DNA of 64,000 nucleotides from Candidatus Sysuimicrobium calidum (GTDB lineage: Bacteria > Sysuimicrobiota > Sysuimicrobiia > Sysuimicrobiales > Sysuimicrobiaceae). The stretch spans positions 14,041-78,040 of the forward strand of contig JAVKHN010000004.1 of NCBI GenBank assembly GCA_031459935.1. Reading direction: 5' to 3'. This document shows, in pieces, positions 18,346-28,243 of this stretch. The position numbers and the translations under genes were made by a program. Each line of letters opens with the position of its first letter. Within the stretch, counting starts at the first letter, position 1. A model generated the notes under the pieces. That model did not search any database and had not been told where the DNA came from. It was given only the letters and a program-made list of their open reading frames with translations.

Positions 18346-20598
18346 ATGTGGATCGGACGCCGGATCCCGCTCCGGGATGGGCGGGAAAAGGTCTCGGGAC
18401 GCCTCCGGTTTGCAGCGGACCTTGTGGTCCCGGATCTCCTGCATGCCCGGCTCGTCCTGAGTCCGGTGGCCCACGGCCGCATCCGACGCATCGAGCTGGG
18501 CCGGGCCCTGGCGGTTCCGGGAGTGGTGGCGGTGCTCACCACCCGGGATCTTCCCTGGTTCCAGAAAGCTCCCCACAGCCACGCCGCGGGCCTGCTAGCC
18601 TGGGAACGGGTGGTGTACGCGGGGCAGCCCGTGGCCGTGGTCCTCGCGGAGCGCGAGAGTGCGGCCGAGGATGCCGCGGCCCTGGTGGAGGTGGAGATGG
18701 AGCCTCTCCCCGCGGTGGTGGATCCGCTGGAGGCCCTGGCAGAGGGATCCCCTCCGGTCTGGCCGGAGGGGATCCCGGGACTTCGGGCGGATGCAGAAGC
18801 CCACGCGGGGGTAGGGGAGGCCTCCGTGCGGGCCGCGGGGATCTCTGCGAACGTGGCTGCCCGGGTCCGGTTCGAGCGCGGCGATGTGGCGAGAGGGTTT
18901 GCGGAGGCGGATCTGGTTCTGGAGTTCACATATCGCACTTCCTCGGTGCACCAGGGATACCTGGAGCCCCACGCCACGGTGGCGGCTCCGGATCCGTCCG
19001 GGGAAGCGCTGACCCTCTGGACCGGGACCCAGAGCCCCTTCGGGGTCCGGCAGGAGGTGGCGCGGTTTCTGGGTTGGCCCGAGCACCGGGTACGGGTGGT
19101 GCCCGCTCCGGTGGGGGGCGGGTTCGGGGGAAAGTTCCTTCTGCTGGAGCCCCTCGCGGCGGCCCTGGCGGTCCACACCCGCAGGCCTGTGCGGATCGTG
19201 CTCACCCGCCAGGAGGAGTTCCTCCTGAGCAATCCGGTGCACGGTGCAATCCTCACCCTCCGGACCGGCGCACGCCGGGACGGAGCCCTGACGGCCTTGC
19301 AGGCCCGCCTCGTGTTCGACGCGGGCGCCTTCCCCGGTTCTCCCGCGCGGATCGCGGCCTTTCTGCTGGGCGCCATCTACCGGTTTCCGCACCTCGAGAT
19401 CGAGGCGGTTGAAGTCCTCACCCACAAGCCCGGGACCGGCGCGTATCGGGCACCCGGATCCCCTCAAGCGGCCTTCGCCCTGGAGTCCCAGATGGACGAA
19501 ATGAGCCGGCAGCTCGGACTGGACCCTCTGGAGTTCCGTTTGCACAACCTCCTCCAGGAAGGAGATCCGCTTCCCGATAGTCGGAGGTATCCCCGCATCG
19601 GACTTCGCGCGTGCTTGGAGGCGATCCGAGAGCATCCCCTGTGGCGGGACAGGCGAAGAGCGCCGGGAGAGGGAGTGGGACTTGCGGTGGGTGGATGGCC
19701 CGGGGGGCTGGAACCCGCGTCCGCCGCGTGCTCCGTGGACCGGGATGGGATCGTGCGGGTGCACGTGGGCGCGGTGGACCTGCAGGGGACCCACACGGCC
19801 CTCGGTCAACTGGTGGCCGAGATCCTCGGGGTTCCGCTGGAGCGGGTCCGGATCGTACAGGGGGATACGGACCACGCGCCGTACGCGGGTGCCAGTGCGG
19901 GCAGCAAGGTGGTTTACACGGTGGGACGGGCAGTGCAGCACGCCGCGCAGGAGGCCCGGGCGCGGATCCTGCGCATGGCCGCCCAGGTCCTGGAGGCCGC
20001 GGTGGAGGACCTGGAACTGCGGGACGGGTACGCCTTCGTGCGGGGCTCGCCCGAACCTCGGGTGAGCCTTGCGGAGCTCGCGGGGCTCGCCCAGCGGTTC
20101 GGCGGGAGGTTCGAGCCCGTCTGGGTGGTGGGGAACTCCGCCCAGACGGAGCAGGCGCCCGCTTTCGCCGCGCAGCTGGTGCGCGTGCGGGTGGATCCGG
20201 AGACCGGTCAGGTCCGGGTCCTGGACGCGGTGCTCGCGCAGGACGTGGGGCGCGCCATCAACCCGCTGCTCATCGAGGGGCAGATGTACGGCGGGATGGT
20301 GCAGGGCCTGGGATGGGGGTTGTGGGAAGCTCTCTCCTACGACCGCAGCGGGATCCCGCGCACGACCTCCTTTCTGGAATACGCGCTCCCCCGGGCGGCC
20401 TCAGTCCCCTGGATGCAAGGCGTGCTGGTGGAGGTCCCCAGCCCGAACGGCCCGTTTGGGGCGCGGGGCGTGGGTGAACCGCCCGTGGTGCCCGGGGCGG
20501 GAGCTGTGGCGAACGCAGTGCGGGACGCGGTGGGGGCGCGCGTGACGGAGCTCCCCATCACCCCGGAGCGGGTGCTGCGGGCCCTGCAGGGCCTTTGA
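18346..20598 (+). CDS. Xanthine dehydrogenase family molybdopterin-binding subunit
   Basis: QGYLEPH, GGGFGGK, AYRAPG, GQMYGG, GVGEPP, LPITPE. Confidence 0.93.
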   Translation: MWIGRRIPLRDGREKVSGRLRFAADLVVPDLLHARLVLSPVAHGRIRRIELGRALAVPGVVAVLTTRDLPWFQKAPHSHAAGLLAWERVVYAGQPVAVVLAERESAAEDAAALVEVEMEPLPAVVDPLEALAEGSPPVWPEGIPGLRADAEAHAGVGEASVRAAGISANVAARVRFERGDVARGFAEADLVLEFTYRTSSVHQGYLEPHATVAAPDPSGEALTLWTGTQSPFGVRQEVARFLGWPEHRVRVVPAPVGGGFGGKFLLLEPLAAALAVHTRRPVRIVLTRQEEFLLSNPVHGAILTLRTGARRDGALTALQARLVFDAGAFPGSPARIAAFLLGAIYRFPHLEIEAVEVLTHKPGTGAYRAPGSPQAAFALESQMDEMSRQLGLDPLEFRLHNLLQEGDPLPDSRRYPRIGLRACLEAIREHPLWRDRRRAPGEGVGLAVGGWPGGLEPASAACSVDRDGIVRVHVGAVDLQGTHTALGQLVAEILGVPLERVRIVQGDTDHAPYAGASAGSKVVYTVGRAVQHAAQEARARILRMAAQVLEAAVEDLELRDGYAFVRGSPEPRVSLAELAGLAQRFGGRFEPVWVVGNSAQTEQAPAFAAQLVRVRVDPETGQVRVLDAVLAQDVGRAINPLLIEGQMYGGMVQGLGWGLWEALSYDRSGIPRTTSFLEYALPRAASVPWMQGVLVEVPSPNGPFGARGVGEPPVVPGAGAVANAVRDAVGARVTELPITPERVLRALQGL

Positions 20599-20623
20599 CT
20601 TCTCCGGGTGGACTCCGTAGACT
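20595..20623 (+). promoter_or_regulatory. Sigma70-type promoter for tRNA-Asp/Phe
   Basis: TTGACT-17 nt-TAGACT. Confidence 0.7.
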
Positions 20624-20633
20624 ACGGGGTGGC

Positions 20634-20711
20634 GGGGGCGTGGTGTAGCCTGGTCAACACACCGGCCTGTCACGCCGGAGATCGCGGGTTCAAATCCCGT
20701 CGTCCCCGCCA
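20634..20711 (+). tRNA. tRNA-Asp (GTC)
   Basis: GGGGGCG/CGTCCCC acceptor, CCGGC-CTGTCAC-GCCGG anticodon arm, GTTCAAATC, CCA. Confidence 0.97.
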
Positions 20712-20714
20712 TGG

Positions 20715-20790
20715 GCCTGGGTAGCTCAGGTGGTAGAGCAGGGGACTGAAAATCCCCGTGTCGGGGGTTCGACTCCCTCCCCAGGCACCA
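20715..20790 (+). tRNA. tRNA-Phe (GAA)
   Basis: GCCTGGG acceptor, GGGGA-CTGAAAA-TCCCC anticodon arm, GTTCGACTC, CCA. Confidence 0.97.
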
Positions 20791-20884
20791 GTTCGTACCA
20801 GGATCCCACGATCGGCGGCTGCTGTGTGACATCCTGGCGGTGGCGTGCTCGTCTCCCCCGGACGCGGATCCTGTGCGGATTCGC

Positions 20885-20962
20885 TGGTGCCCCGGACGGG
20901 ATTCGAACCCGTGTTGCCGGCTTGAAAGACCGGAGTCCTAGGCCTGGCTAGACGACCGGGGC
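20885..20962 (-). tRNA. tRNA-Glu (TTC)
   Basis: Reverse strand GCCCCGG...CCGGT-CTTTCAA-GCCGG...GTTCGAATC...CCGGGGCACCA. Confidence 0.97.
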
Positions 20963-21123
20963 GTGCCGCGAGCCAGTATACCACGTCTGCGCCTGACTCC
21001 CTACCCCGGTCGGCCTGGGAGTGAGCATCCGGACGACCCCGTATGGTAGGGTTTACGGGAGGAACCGGAGAAGGTTCCGAAAACCGGTGACTCCGCGAAC
21101 CACGCATCTTGGAGGGAGGATCG

Positions 21124-21561
21124 ATGAAGGTGGAGGGGACACAGGTCCTGCGCGCACCCCGGGAGCAGGTGTGGAAGCTGCTGGACGATCCACAGGCTCT
21201 GGCGTCCTGCACGCCGGGGCTCCAGGAGCTGCGGCCGCTGGGGCCGGACGAGTTCGAGGCCACCCTGTCCATCGGCATCGCGGCGGTGCGGGGGACGTAC
21301 AAAGGGAAGCTGCGCATCACGGAGCGCACCCCGCCGGATCGGTACGTGGTCCAGGTGGAGGGAAGCGGAGCGCCCGGGTTCGTGCGTGCCACGGGGCAAC
21401 TGGAGCTGGTGGACCGGGGGCCGGAGACGGAGGTGCGCTGGTCGGGAGACGTGCAGGTGGGAGGAGCCCTCACCATCGGGAGCCGCATGATCCCCGGCAT
21501 CGCCCGCATGCTGGCGGCCCAGTTCTTCGAGTGCCTGGATCGGAAGCTCGCTTCCGGGTGA
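21124..21561 (+). CDS. coxG: CoxG/SRPBCC family protein
   Basis: APREQVWKLLDDP..LASCTPG, IGSRMI...QFF. Confidence 0.88.
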   Translation: MKVEGTQVLRAPREQVWKLLDDPQALASCTPGLQELRPLGPDEFEATLSIGIAAVRGTYKGKLRITERTPPDRYVVQVEGSGAPGFVRATGQLELVDRGPETEVRWSGDVQVGGALTIGSRMIPGIARMLAAQFFECLDRKLASG

Positions 21562-21610
21562 GGGCCCGGCGGTGACACGTCACGGAGGCGGGACGTAGAA
21601 TGGGGGCGGC

Positions 21611-22558
21611 TTGAACGAACCGCTCCTGCTGGTGGTCAACCCCTACGCGGGCCGCGCTTCGGATCTACTGCCCGCGGTGGTCCGCGCATTGCGGACCCGG
21701 GGCGTGACGCACGAGGTGCGGTACGCCACGGGCTTTGAGGGATTCGCGTCCCTGGCTGCGGATGCGGCGGACGCGGGCTTCCGCGCGGTGGTGGCGGTGG
21801 GCGGGGATGGTACGGTGAACGGGGTTGCGAATGGCATCATGCGGGCCGGCTCCCGCATCCCCATGGGGATCGTCCCCGCGGGAACGGCGAACGAGTTCGC
21901 GCGCGCCCTGCCCATCCCACGGAGCGTGGGCAAAGCGGTCGCGGTGCTGGCGGAGGGGGTGGCAGGCGAGGTGGACATCGCGCGGGTGAACGACCGGTAC
22001 TTCCTGAACCTCTTCGGATTCGGGTTTGATGCCCGGGTTGCCGCGGGTGCGCACCGCCTGCGGGACCGGGTGCTGCTGCGGGGACGTGCGGTGTACTACC
22101 TGGCCACCCTGCTGGAGATCGCGGCGAGCCGGGAACCCCTGGAGGTGGAGGTGCGCACGGAACGGGATGCCTTCCAGGGCCGGGTCCTGTTCGTGGCGGG
22201 CGTGAACGGCCGGATGTACGGGGAGCGGGTACCGTCCCTGCCCGCCCCCAGCCTCCGGGACGGTCTGCTGGATCTCTACGTGGTGCGGGATATGCGGCGG
22301 ATCCGATCCATCAACGTGGCGGTGAAGATGATCCGCCGCACCCCTATCCCCGAGATCCTCATCCAGCGGGCCCGGGAGGTCACGCTCCTGGCGGAGCGAC
22401 CCGTGGAGGCCCACGTGGACGGGAACCTCCTGGGCACCTTCACCCAGGTGCACGCCCGGGTGGTGCCGAGGGGCATCCGGGTCCTGTTCCCCCCGGATGC
22501 CCTGCCCTGGCAGGGCACCGGTTCAGGAGCGGAGGAAGTCCTGACCCGCCAGGGATGA
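21611..22558 (+). CDS. Diacylglycerol kinase family lipid kinase (YegS/DgkB-like)
   Basis: VNPYAG, GGDGTVN, PAGTANEFA, GFDA. Confidence 0.92.
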   Translation: MNEPLLLVVNPYAGRASDLLPAVVRALRTRGVTHEVRYATGFEGFASLAADAADAGFRAVVAVGGDGTVNGVANGIMRAGSRIPMGIVPAGTANEFARALPIPRSVGKAVAVLAEGVAGEVDIARVNDRYFLNLFGFGFDARVAAGAHRLRDRVLLRGRAVYYLATLLEIAASREPLEVEVRTERDAFQGRVLFVAGVNGRMYGERVPSLPAPSLRDGLLDLYVVRDMRRIRSINVAVKMIRRTPIPEILIQRAREVTLLAERPVEAHVDGNLLGTFTQVHARVVPRGIRVLFPPDALPWQGTGSGAEEVLTRQG

Positions 22559-23706
22559 GCTCGGAAGGCCACGCCTGCCCCCGGATCCTCGTCCTCTCCG
22601 CCACGTACGGCGGAGGACATCAACGGGTGGCGGAAGCCCTCCGGTCCGCGTGGGCCGAGCTCCTGCCCGCCATCCAGGTGGAGATCGTGGACTTCTTCGA
22701 GGCGTTCGTGAATCCCGCCCTCAACCGCATGGTGCGTTCCCTGTACGTCACCAGCGTGCGGCATGCGCCGGCGGTATGGGGTGCCTTCTACTACGCCACG
22801 GGCAACATCCGGCCGGACTCCCCCACCCAGCGGCTCATCAATCGGCTCGGGAGGCAGCGGCTGGTCGCCTACCTCCGGAACGTCCGCCCTGCGCTCCTGG
22901 TGCACGTGCACCCCACACCCGCTGGGGTGGTCTCCGACCTCAAGGCTGAGGGAGAGGTCCATCAGCCCTCCGCGGTGGTGCTCACGGACTATGCCATCCA
23001 CTCCCAGTGGATCCACCCGCATGTGGACCGCTACTGCGTTCCCTCGGAGGCGGTCCGGGCGGGCCTGGTGGATCGTGGGGTTCCCGCGGACCGGATCTTC
23101 ATTACGGGCATCCCCATCGCCCGGGAGTTCACCCTCCCCCTGGACCGGCGGGAAGTGGCTCCGCGCCTGGGCCTGGACCCAGACCGGACCACGGTCCTCG
23201 TGATGGCGGGGGCATATGCCATGCTGGGCGGGATCCTGGAGATCCACCGGGTGATCCTGAGCCTTCCGCACCGGGTGCAGGCGGTCTTCATCTGCGGCCG
23301 GGACGCGGGACTCGTGGAGCGGCTGCGGCGTCGGAGCCGTCGGCGGCCGGAGGTGCGGGTGGAGGGCTACGTGGCGAACGTGGCGGAGTGGATGACGTGT
23401 GCGGATCTCCTCGTCACCAAAGCAGGTGGAGCGACGGTGTCCGAGGCCCTCGCGAAGGCGCTTCCCATGGTGATCTACCGGCCGATTCCGGGGCAGGAGG
23501 AGTGGAACACCCGGATGCTGGTGGAGGCCGGCGCCGCCCGGATCGCCCGCAACCCGGAGGAGCTCGCGCGGCTGCTCCACGGCCTCCTCCGGGATCCCGG
23601 GGAGCTGGATCGGATGCAGCAGGCCGCCCGGAAAGCGGCCCGACCGAACGCGGCCCGGGAGGCGGCCCAGCGGATCCTGGAGCTTCTGCCTGGAGGGATC
23701 CCGTGA
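22555..23706 (+). CDS. MGDG synthase/UgtP-like glycosyltransferase (GT28)
   Basis: YGGGH, VLTDY..HSQW, TGIPI, TKAGGATVSEA, PGQEEWN. Confidence 0.92.
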   Translation: MSSEGHACPRILVLSATYGGGHQRVAEALRSAWAELLPAIQVEIVDFFEAFVNPALNRMVRSLYVTSVRHAPAVWGAFYYATGNIRPDSPTQRLINRLGRQRLVAYLRNVRPALLVHVHPTPAGVVSDLKAEGEVHQPSAVVLTDYAIHSQWIHPHVDRYCVPSEAVRAGLVDRGVPADRIFITGIPIAREFTLPLDRREVAPRLGLDPDRTTVLVMAGAYAMLGGILEIHRVILSLPHRVQAVFICGRDAGLVERLRRRSRRRPEVRVEGYVANVAEWMTCADLLVTKAGGATVSEALAKALPMVIYRPIPGQEEWNTRMLVEAGAARIARNPEELARLLHGLLRDPGELDRMQQAARKAARPNAAREAAQRILELLPGGIP

Positions 23707-24911
23707 GGTCTGCTCAGCGGGTCGGCCCGCACGCGCTCCTCATCGGCCTTTTTGAGTGCGCCCGGGGTGCTCTCCTGTTTACCTTGCTCCCCAACCACCT
23801 GCGGTTCGGCGTGGGGCACCAGATGGCCGTGGTAGGGCTCGCCCTGTCCGCGTACTCCTTCACGGAGCTCGTGGCGAAGATCCCTTCGGGGTGGGTCATC
23901 GACCGGGGGGGGCGACGCCTGCCCCTCCTGGTGGGGCTGATCCTGTCCAGCCTCGCGGTGGCCCTGCTGGGAAGGGTACAGGAGACGTGGGCCGTCCTCC
24001 TCGCCGCGGCTCTGGGAGGGCTGGGCGCTTCCCCCGTCTGGCCTTCCGTGGTCTCGGGCGTTGCGGAGGCGGCCCGGGACGGGGAACGGGGAAGTGCGAT
24101 GGGGGCGGTGCTCACGGGCTGGATGGTGGGGACCGGGGTGGGCGTTGTGGGCGCGAGCTTCCTCCTGGAGCTGGGGACACCCGTGGCCTTCGGGTTCGTG
24201 CTGAGTTGCCTAGCCCTGACGTTCCCGTTTGTGCCCGCCGCCACGGAGGACGGAGCACCCGCGGAAGGCCGACGGACGCCGAGGCCCGCGCAGGGCCAGG
24301 AGGTTTCGTTGCTCCGGCTGTGGCCGCTCGTGGGGGGGATGTTCCTGCAGACCGCCGCGGTGGGCATGCTGCTGCCGGTGCTCTCCCCCTATGCCCGGGA
24401 GGTGCTGCGCCTCTCGCCCTTCTGGATCGGGGTCCTATTGGTGGCAGGACCGGGCCTTACCGTGCTCCTGCTCGTCCCCCTCGGGCGGTTGATGGATCGT
24501 CTGGGCCGGATGGAAGTCCTCCCCCTCAGCCTGGGGGTTGGAGCGGTGGTCCTCTTTACGCTCCCCTCCCTCCGCGCGCCGTGGACGGTGGCGGTCGCGG
24601 TGGCCTTTCTCGGACTCGCCTACGCGACCCTGCTGCCAGCCTGGAACGCGCTCCTGATGGACCTGCTCCCCCGACACCGTCGGGCCACGGGGCTCGGGCT
24701 CGCCATGGCTCTGGAAGGTCTGGGGGTTGCCGTGGGAACGGGGACGGGTGGGGTGATCTGGGACGCGTGGGGTCCCGCGCAGCCCTTCCACGTGGCCGCG
24801 GTGGTGCTGGCCTGCGTGGCCGTGGGCTATCTCACCCTGCTGCCACGGGTGGTGGAGGGGACCAACTCCCAGACGTCCTCCCTCCGACCCCGGCGGACGC
24901 CCGGGCTGTGA
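23703..24911 (+). CDS. MFS transporter (possible glycolipid flippase)
   Basis: 12-TM pattern, GWVIDRGGRR and GRLMDRLGR motif A; GTG start overlaps the upstream stop. Confidence 0.88.
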   Translation: MRSAQRVGPHALLIGLFECARGALLFTLLPNHLRFGVGHQMAVVGLALSAYSFTELVAKIPSGWVIDRGGRRLPLLVGLILSSLAVALLGRVQETWAVLLAAALGGLGASPVWPSVVSGVAEAARDGERGSAMGAVLTGWMVGTGVGVVGASFLLELGTPVAFGFVLSCLALTFPFVPAATEDGAPAEGRRTPRPAQGQEVSLLRLWPLVGGMFLQTAAVGMLLPVLSPYAREVLRLSPFWIGVLLVAGPGLTVLLLVPLGRLMDRLGRMEVLPLSLGVGAVVLFTLPSLRAPWTVAVAVAFLGLAYATLLPAWNALLMDLLPRHRRATGLGLAMALEGLGVAVGTGTGGVIWDAWGPAQPFHVAAVVLACVAVGYLTLLPRVVEGTNSQTSSLRPRRTPGL

Positions 24912-25591
24912 ACCCCTGGATCCCGGCGATCCTCGGTTTCGGCCTAGTCTATACGGCCGGCGCCCAGGCTTTCTCGCGGCTTTGGGGAGGGATCCGGAAG
25001 GGCCCACCCGTCCCCCAGGTGGCCCTCACCTTTGACGACGGCCCCCACCCGGTCTACACCCCCCGGATCCTGGAGGTGCTGGCGGACCACGGAGCCGGGG
25101 CCACCTTCTTCCTTATCGGACGCCATGCGGAGGAGAACCCCGACCTCGTGCGCCGGATCGTCGCGGAGGGACACACGCTGGGAAGCCACACCTACACGCA
25201 CCGCCACCTGTGGCACCTGGGCCCGCGGGCGACCCGGGAGGAGATCCTGCGGGGACATCGGGTGGTGGAGGCGATCTCGGGGCGGCCCGTGCGCTTCTTC
25301 CGGCCACCGTGGGGGACGATGAACCTCGCAGCGCTCGCGACCTGCCGGGCGGAGGGCTTGGTGCCCGTGCTGTGGAGCGTGCGGGGGGAGGGCTACCGGT
25401 GGCGTCCCTCGTGGGCGGAGATGGCACAGGTGGTGGTCCGCAACGTCCATCCGGGCGCCATCGTGAACCTGCACGATCGCGGTGGGTTCCCGGACACCCC
25501 CGAACGGGTGCTGCGGGCGCTCCCCAGGATCCTCGCGGGCCTGCGGGCGCAGGGTCTACGACCCGTGACGCTCGCGGCCCTCCTCGGATGA
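24908..25591 (+). CDS. Polysaccharide deacetylase (NodB/CE4)
   Basis: LTFDDGP, ATFF, HTYTH, FRPPWG, LHD. Confidence 0.93.
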   Translation: MNPWIPAILGFGLVYTAGAQAFSRLWGGIRKGPPVPQVALTFDDGPHPVYTPRILEVLADHGAGATFFLIGRHAEENPDLVRRIVAEGHTLGSHTYTHRHLWHLGPRATREEILRGHRVVEAISGRPVRFFRPPWGTMNLAALATCRAEGLVPVLWSVRGEGYRWRPSWAEMAQVVVRNVHPGAIVNLHDRGGFPDTPERVLRALPRILAGLRAQGLRPVTLAALLG

Positions 25592-26149
25592 CGTGCCGTA
25601 GCGGGCAAAGAGGGCCCGGATGGACATCCACGCCTCCCGCGGCTCCCGGAACCGCTCGCGACCCGAGGTGCGCCGGGGCCCCTGGGGGTGGGAGTACCAC
25701 AGGAGGAACTTCAGCCAGACGCTCACGCCGAAGCGGGTGAGGGGGTTGCGGATGCGGTGGACCTCGAAGCCCAGCCGCTCGCTCCCCTTCCAGTACAGGG
25801 TCACCGCCCGCACCGCCACCACGGGGAACTCCGGGCGGTCCCGCAGGTACTGGGCTACCAGGCGAAGGCCTTCGGCCATCCCCCGGCCGAACAGCAACCC
25901 CATCCGCGAGGGATCCGGGTTGATCTCGTGGTAGGCGATCAGCTTCAGGCTGTCCACGTGGATCTCCCCCACCAGGTCTCCCGGCCGGACCACGGTTCCG
26001 TCCTGCAGCCGGACCGCCCTCCCCCGGTGGGGGTGCAGCTCCAGGCGCACGAAGCTGTGGGGCGCGAGCTCCACGAGGCCGTGACGCCGGGCCCACCACC
26101 GTTCGTACCGGGAGAAAAGGGAGACCGGGAGGATCCGGCGCAGGAGCAC
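25556..26149 (-). CDS. YkoP-like hypothetical protein
   Basis: L.DGT.V.PGD.VGEIH motif and ERLGFE; convergent with the deacetylase. Confidence 0.7.
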   Translation of the reverse strand: MLLRRILPVSLFSRYERWWARRHGLVELAPHSFVRLELHPHRGRAVRLQDGTVVRPGDLVGEIHVDSLKLIAYHEINPDPSRMGLLFGRGMAEGLRLVAQYLRDRPEFPVVAVRAVTLYWKGSERLGFEVHRIRNPLTRFGVSVWLKFLLWYSHPQGPRRTSGRERFREPREAWMSIRALFARYGTSSEEGRERHGS

Positions 26150-27331
26150 CTAGATGGCGCCCTCCGCCCGGAGACGCGCGATCTCCTCCGGCGAGTATCC
26201 CACCTCCCGGAGCACCGCCTCCATGTGCTGGCCCAATAGCGGCGGGGGCGTGCGCACCTCCCCGGGGGTCTCCGAGAGCTTCACCGGGACACCGGTCACG
26301 GTCACCTCTCCCGCCGTGGGGTGCGGCAGGCTCACCTTCATCCGCCGGTGGAGGGTCTGGGGATCCCGGAACACCTCGGAGATGGCGTAAATGGGGCCGT
26401 TGGGAACCCCGGCCTGGTCCAGAAGCTCCCGCCACTGGGCGGTGGTCCGTTCCCGGAACTGGGCCTCCAGCAGCGGGAGAAGCTCAGAGCGATGACGTAC
26501 CCGATCCGCGTTCGTTCGGAACCGGGGATCCTCCCGGAGAGCCGGGGCCACCACCGCGCAGAACCGTTCCCAGATGCCTTCGCTCCCGACCGCCACGTTC
26601 AGGTATCCGTCCCGGGTGCGGAAGGCCTGGTAGGGAACCAGGTTGGGGTGGGCGGAACCCATGCGCCGGGGGTCCTGGCCCGTGGCGAAGTAGTTGGCCG
26701 CGGCATAGGTGAGCCAGGCCACCTGCCCGTCGAGCAGGGCCGCGTCCACGTGTTGTCCTCTCCCTGTGCGCTCCCGTGCCCAGAGGGCCGCGAGGATGCC
26801 GTAGGCGGCGAACATCCCCGCCGCGATGTCCGCCACCGCCACACCCACCTTAACGGGCGGACCCTCCTCCTCCCCCGTGATCCCCATGATCCCTCCCATG
26901 CCCTGGAGGATGAGGTCATAGGCGGGCTTTTCGCGGTACGGACCGTCCTGCCCGAAACCCGAGATGGAGCAGTACACCAGGCGCGGATACCGCTCGTGCA
27001 GCATGCGGTGGCCGAGGCCCAGCCGGTCCATCACCCCGGGCCGGAAGTTCTCCACCAGCACGTCCGCCCGGGCGAGCAACCGGTGCAGGACCTGTAGCCC
27101 CCTGGGGTGCTTGAGGTTGAGGGTCACGGACTCCTTGTTGCGGTTCACGCTGAGGAAGTAAGCGCTCTCCCCGCCCAGGAACGGCGGCCCCCACCCACGG
27201 GTGTCGTCCCCGCCTTGTGGGGATTCGATCTTCACCACCCGGGCACCGAAGTCGGCCAGCATCATGGTGCAGTAGGGGCCCGCGAGCGCCCGGGTAAGGT
27301 CCACCACGAGGATTCCCTCCAGCGGCCGCAC
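26150..27331 (-). CDS. CaiB/BaiF family III CoA-transferase
   Basis: PLEGILVVDL, LAGPYC, NRNKES, ENFRPG, SISGFG; start uncertain. Confidence 0.93.
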   Translation of the reverse strand: MRPLEGILVVDLTRALAGPYCTMMLADFGARVVKIESPQGGDDTRGWGPPFLGGESAYFLSVNRNKESVTLNLKHPRGLQVLHRLLARADVLVENFRPGVMDRLGLGHRMLHERYPRLVYCSISGFGQDGPYREKPAYDLILQGMGGIMGITGEEEGPPVKVGVAVADIAAGMFAAYGILAALWARERTGRGQHVDAALLDGQVAWLTYAAANYFATGQDPRRMGSAHPNLVPYQAFRTRDGYLNVAVGSEGIWERFCAVVAPALREDPRFRTNADRVRHRSELLPLLEAQFRERTTAQWRELLDQAGVPNGPIYAISEVFRDPQTLHRRMKVSLPHPTAGEVTVTGVPVKLSETPGEVRTPPPLLGQHMEAVLREVGYSPEEIARLRAEGAI

Positions 27332-27392
27332 ACCAGCAGGATACACGATCCGGGCCGCATCCTCCTGCGGCACAATGGGATCCTGGAGGTGC

Positions 27393-27902
27393 ATGGTGGA
27401 GGCGGGAGTGCAACCGGGACGGTTACGCATCGGGGTCGTGGGGGAGCGGGAGACCACGCCGCAGCTCTGGCAGGCGGCCCAGGCCGTGGGGCGGGAGATC
27501 GCGCGGCGGGGCGGGATCCTGATCTGCGGGGGCATGGGCGGGGTGATGGAGGCCGCCTCGAAAGGCGCCCGGGAAGCGGGAGGCGTGGTGGTGGGGATCC
27601 TACCCACGAATACGGAGCACGCGGGGAACCCCTACCTTACCATCCCCATCCCCACCGGTATGGGGGAGGGGCGCAACGTGCTCGTGGTACGGGCCTCCCA
27701 TGCCCTCATCGCCATCGGCGGGTGGTACGGGACCCTGGTGGAGATCGCGTACGCCCTGGCCCTGAAGGTCCCCGTGGTGGGGCTCCAGACGTGGCGGATC
27801 GAGCGGCCCGGGCTGGAGCACGATCCCATCCTGCGGGCCGGCGATCCCGTGGAGGCGGTGGAACTGGCATGGCGCGCGGCGATCGGAGGACGTTCCGAGT
27901 AG
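27393..27902 (+). CDS. TIGR00725/LOG-family Rossmann protein
   Basis: CGGMGGVMEAASKGA, TGMGEGRN, GGWYGTLVE. Confidence 0.88.
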   Translation: MVEAGVQPGRLRIGVVGERETTPQLWQAAQAVGREIARRGGILICGGMGGVMEAASKGAREAGGVVVGILPTNTEHAGNPYLTIPIPTGMGEGRNVLVVRASHALIAIGGWYGTLVEIAYALALKVPVVGLQTWRIERPGLEHDPILRAGDPVEAVELAWRAAIGGRSE

Positions 27903-27953
27903 CTCTCAGCTCCCGTCCGGTTGACGGGCTGTGCTATGCTAACGGTAAACCCG

Positions 27954-28229
27954 AGGACCGGGACGAGTAGGCCGGGCAAGGCACCTCAAGAGAGCCGCGG
28001 AAGGTGGGAGGCGGTGGTGGCCTGCCGGCGGAATGGACCCGCGAGGGGCGGCCCGAACGACTGAGTTGGTCCAGTAGGCGCCGACGGGAGTCCTGCCCCG
28101 TGAACGTGGCAGGCGGGATCAGCTGAATCGGCCTGTCCCGAGAGGGCCGCCGGGGAAACCCGGCGGAAGGCGGGTGGCACCGCGGGAGAACCCCTCCCGT
28201 CCCAGCGGACGGGAGGGGTTTCTGTTTTG
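27954..28229 (+). ncRNA. T-box riboswitch, Trp specifier
   Basis: AGTAG and AGAGAGC/GGTGGGA stem I motifs, GAA-TGG specifier (28034-28036), T-box AAGGCGGGTGGCACCGCG, terminator AACCCCTCCCGTCC/GGACGGGAGGGGTT+TCTGTTTT. Confidence 0.92.
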
Positions 28230-28243
28230 GGATTCGGATCGAG

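Noticed and set aside
18346-20598. Aerobic CO dehydrogenase CoxL call (because coxG is nearby)
   Set aside because: The active-site loop is AYRAPG, not AYxCSFR; no coxM/coxS
20634-20962. tRNA cluster (and tRNA-Asn at 3942) as an integration site for a mobile element
   Set aside because: No integrase and no duplicated tRNA 3' end found in the window
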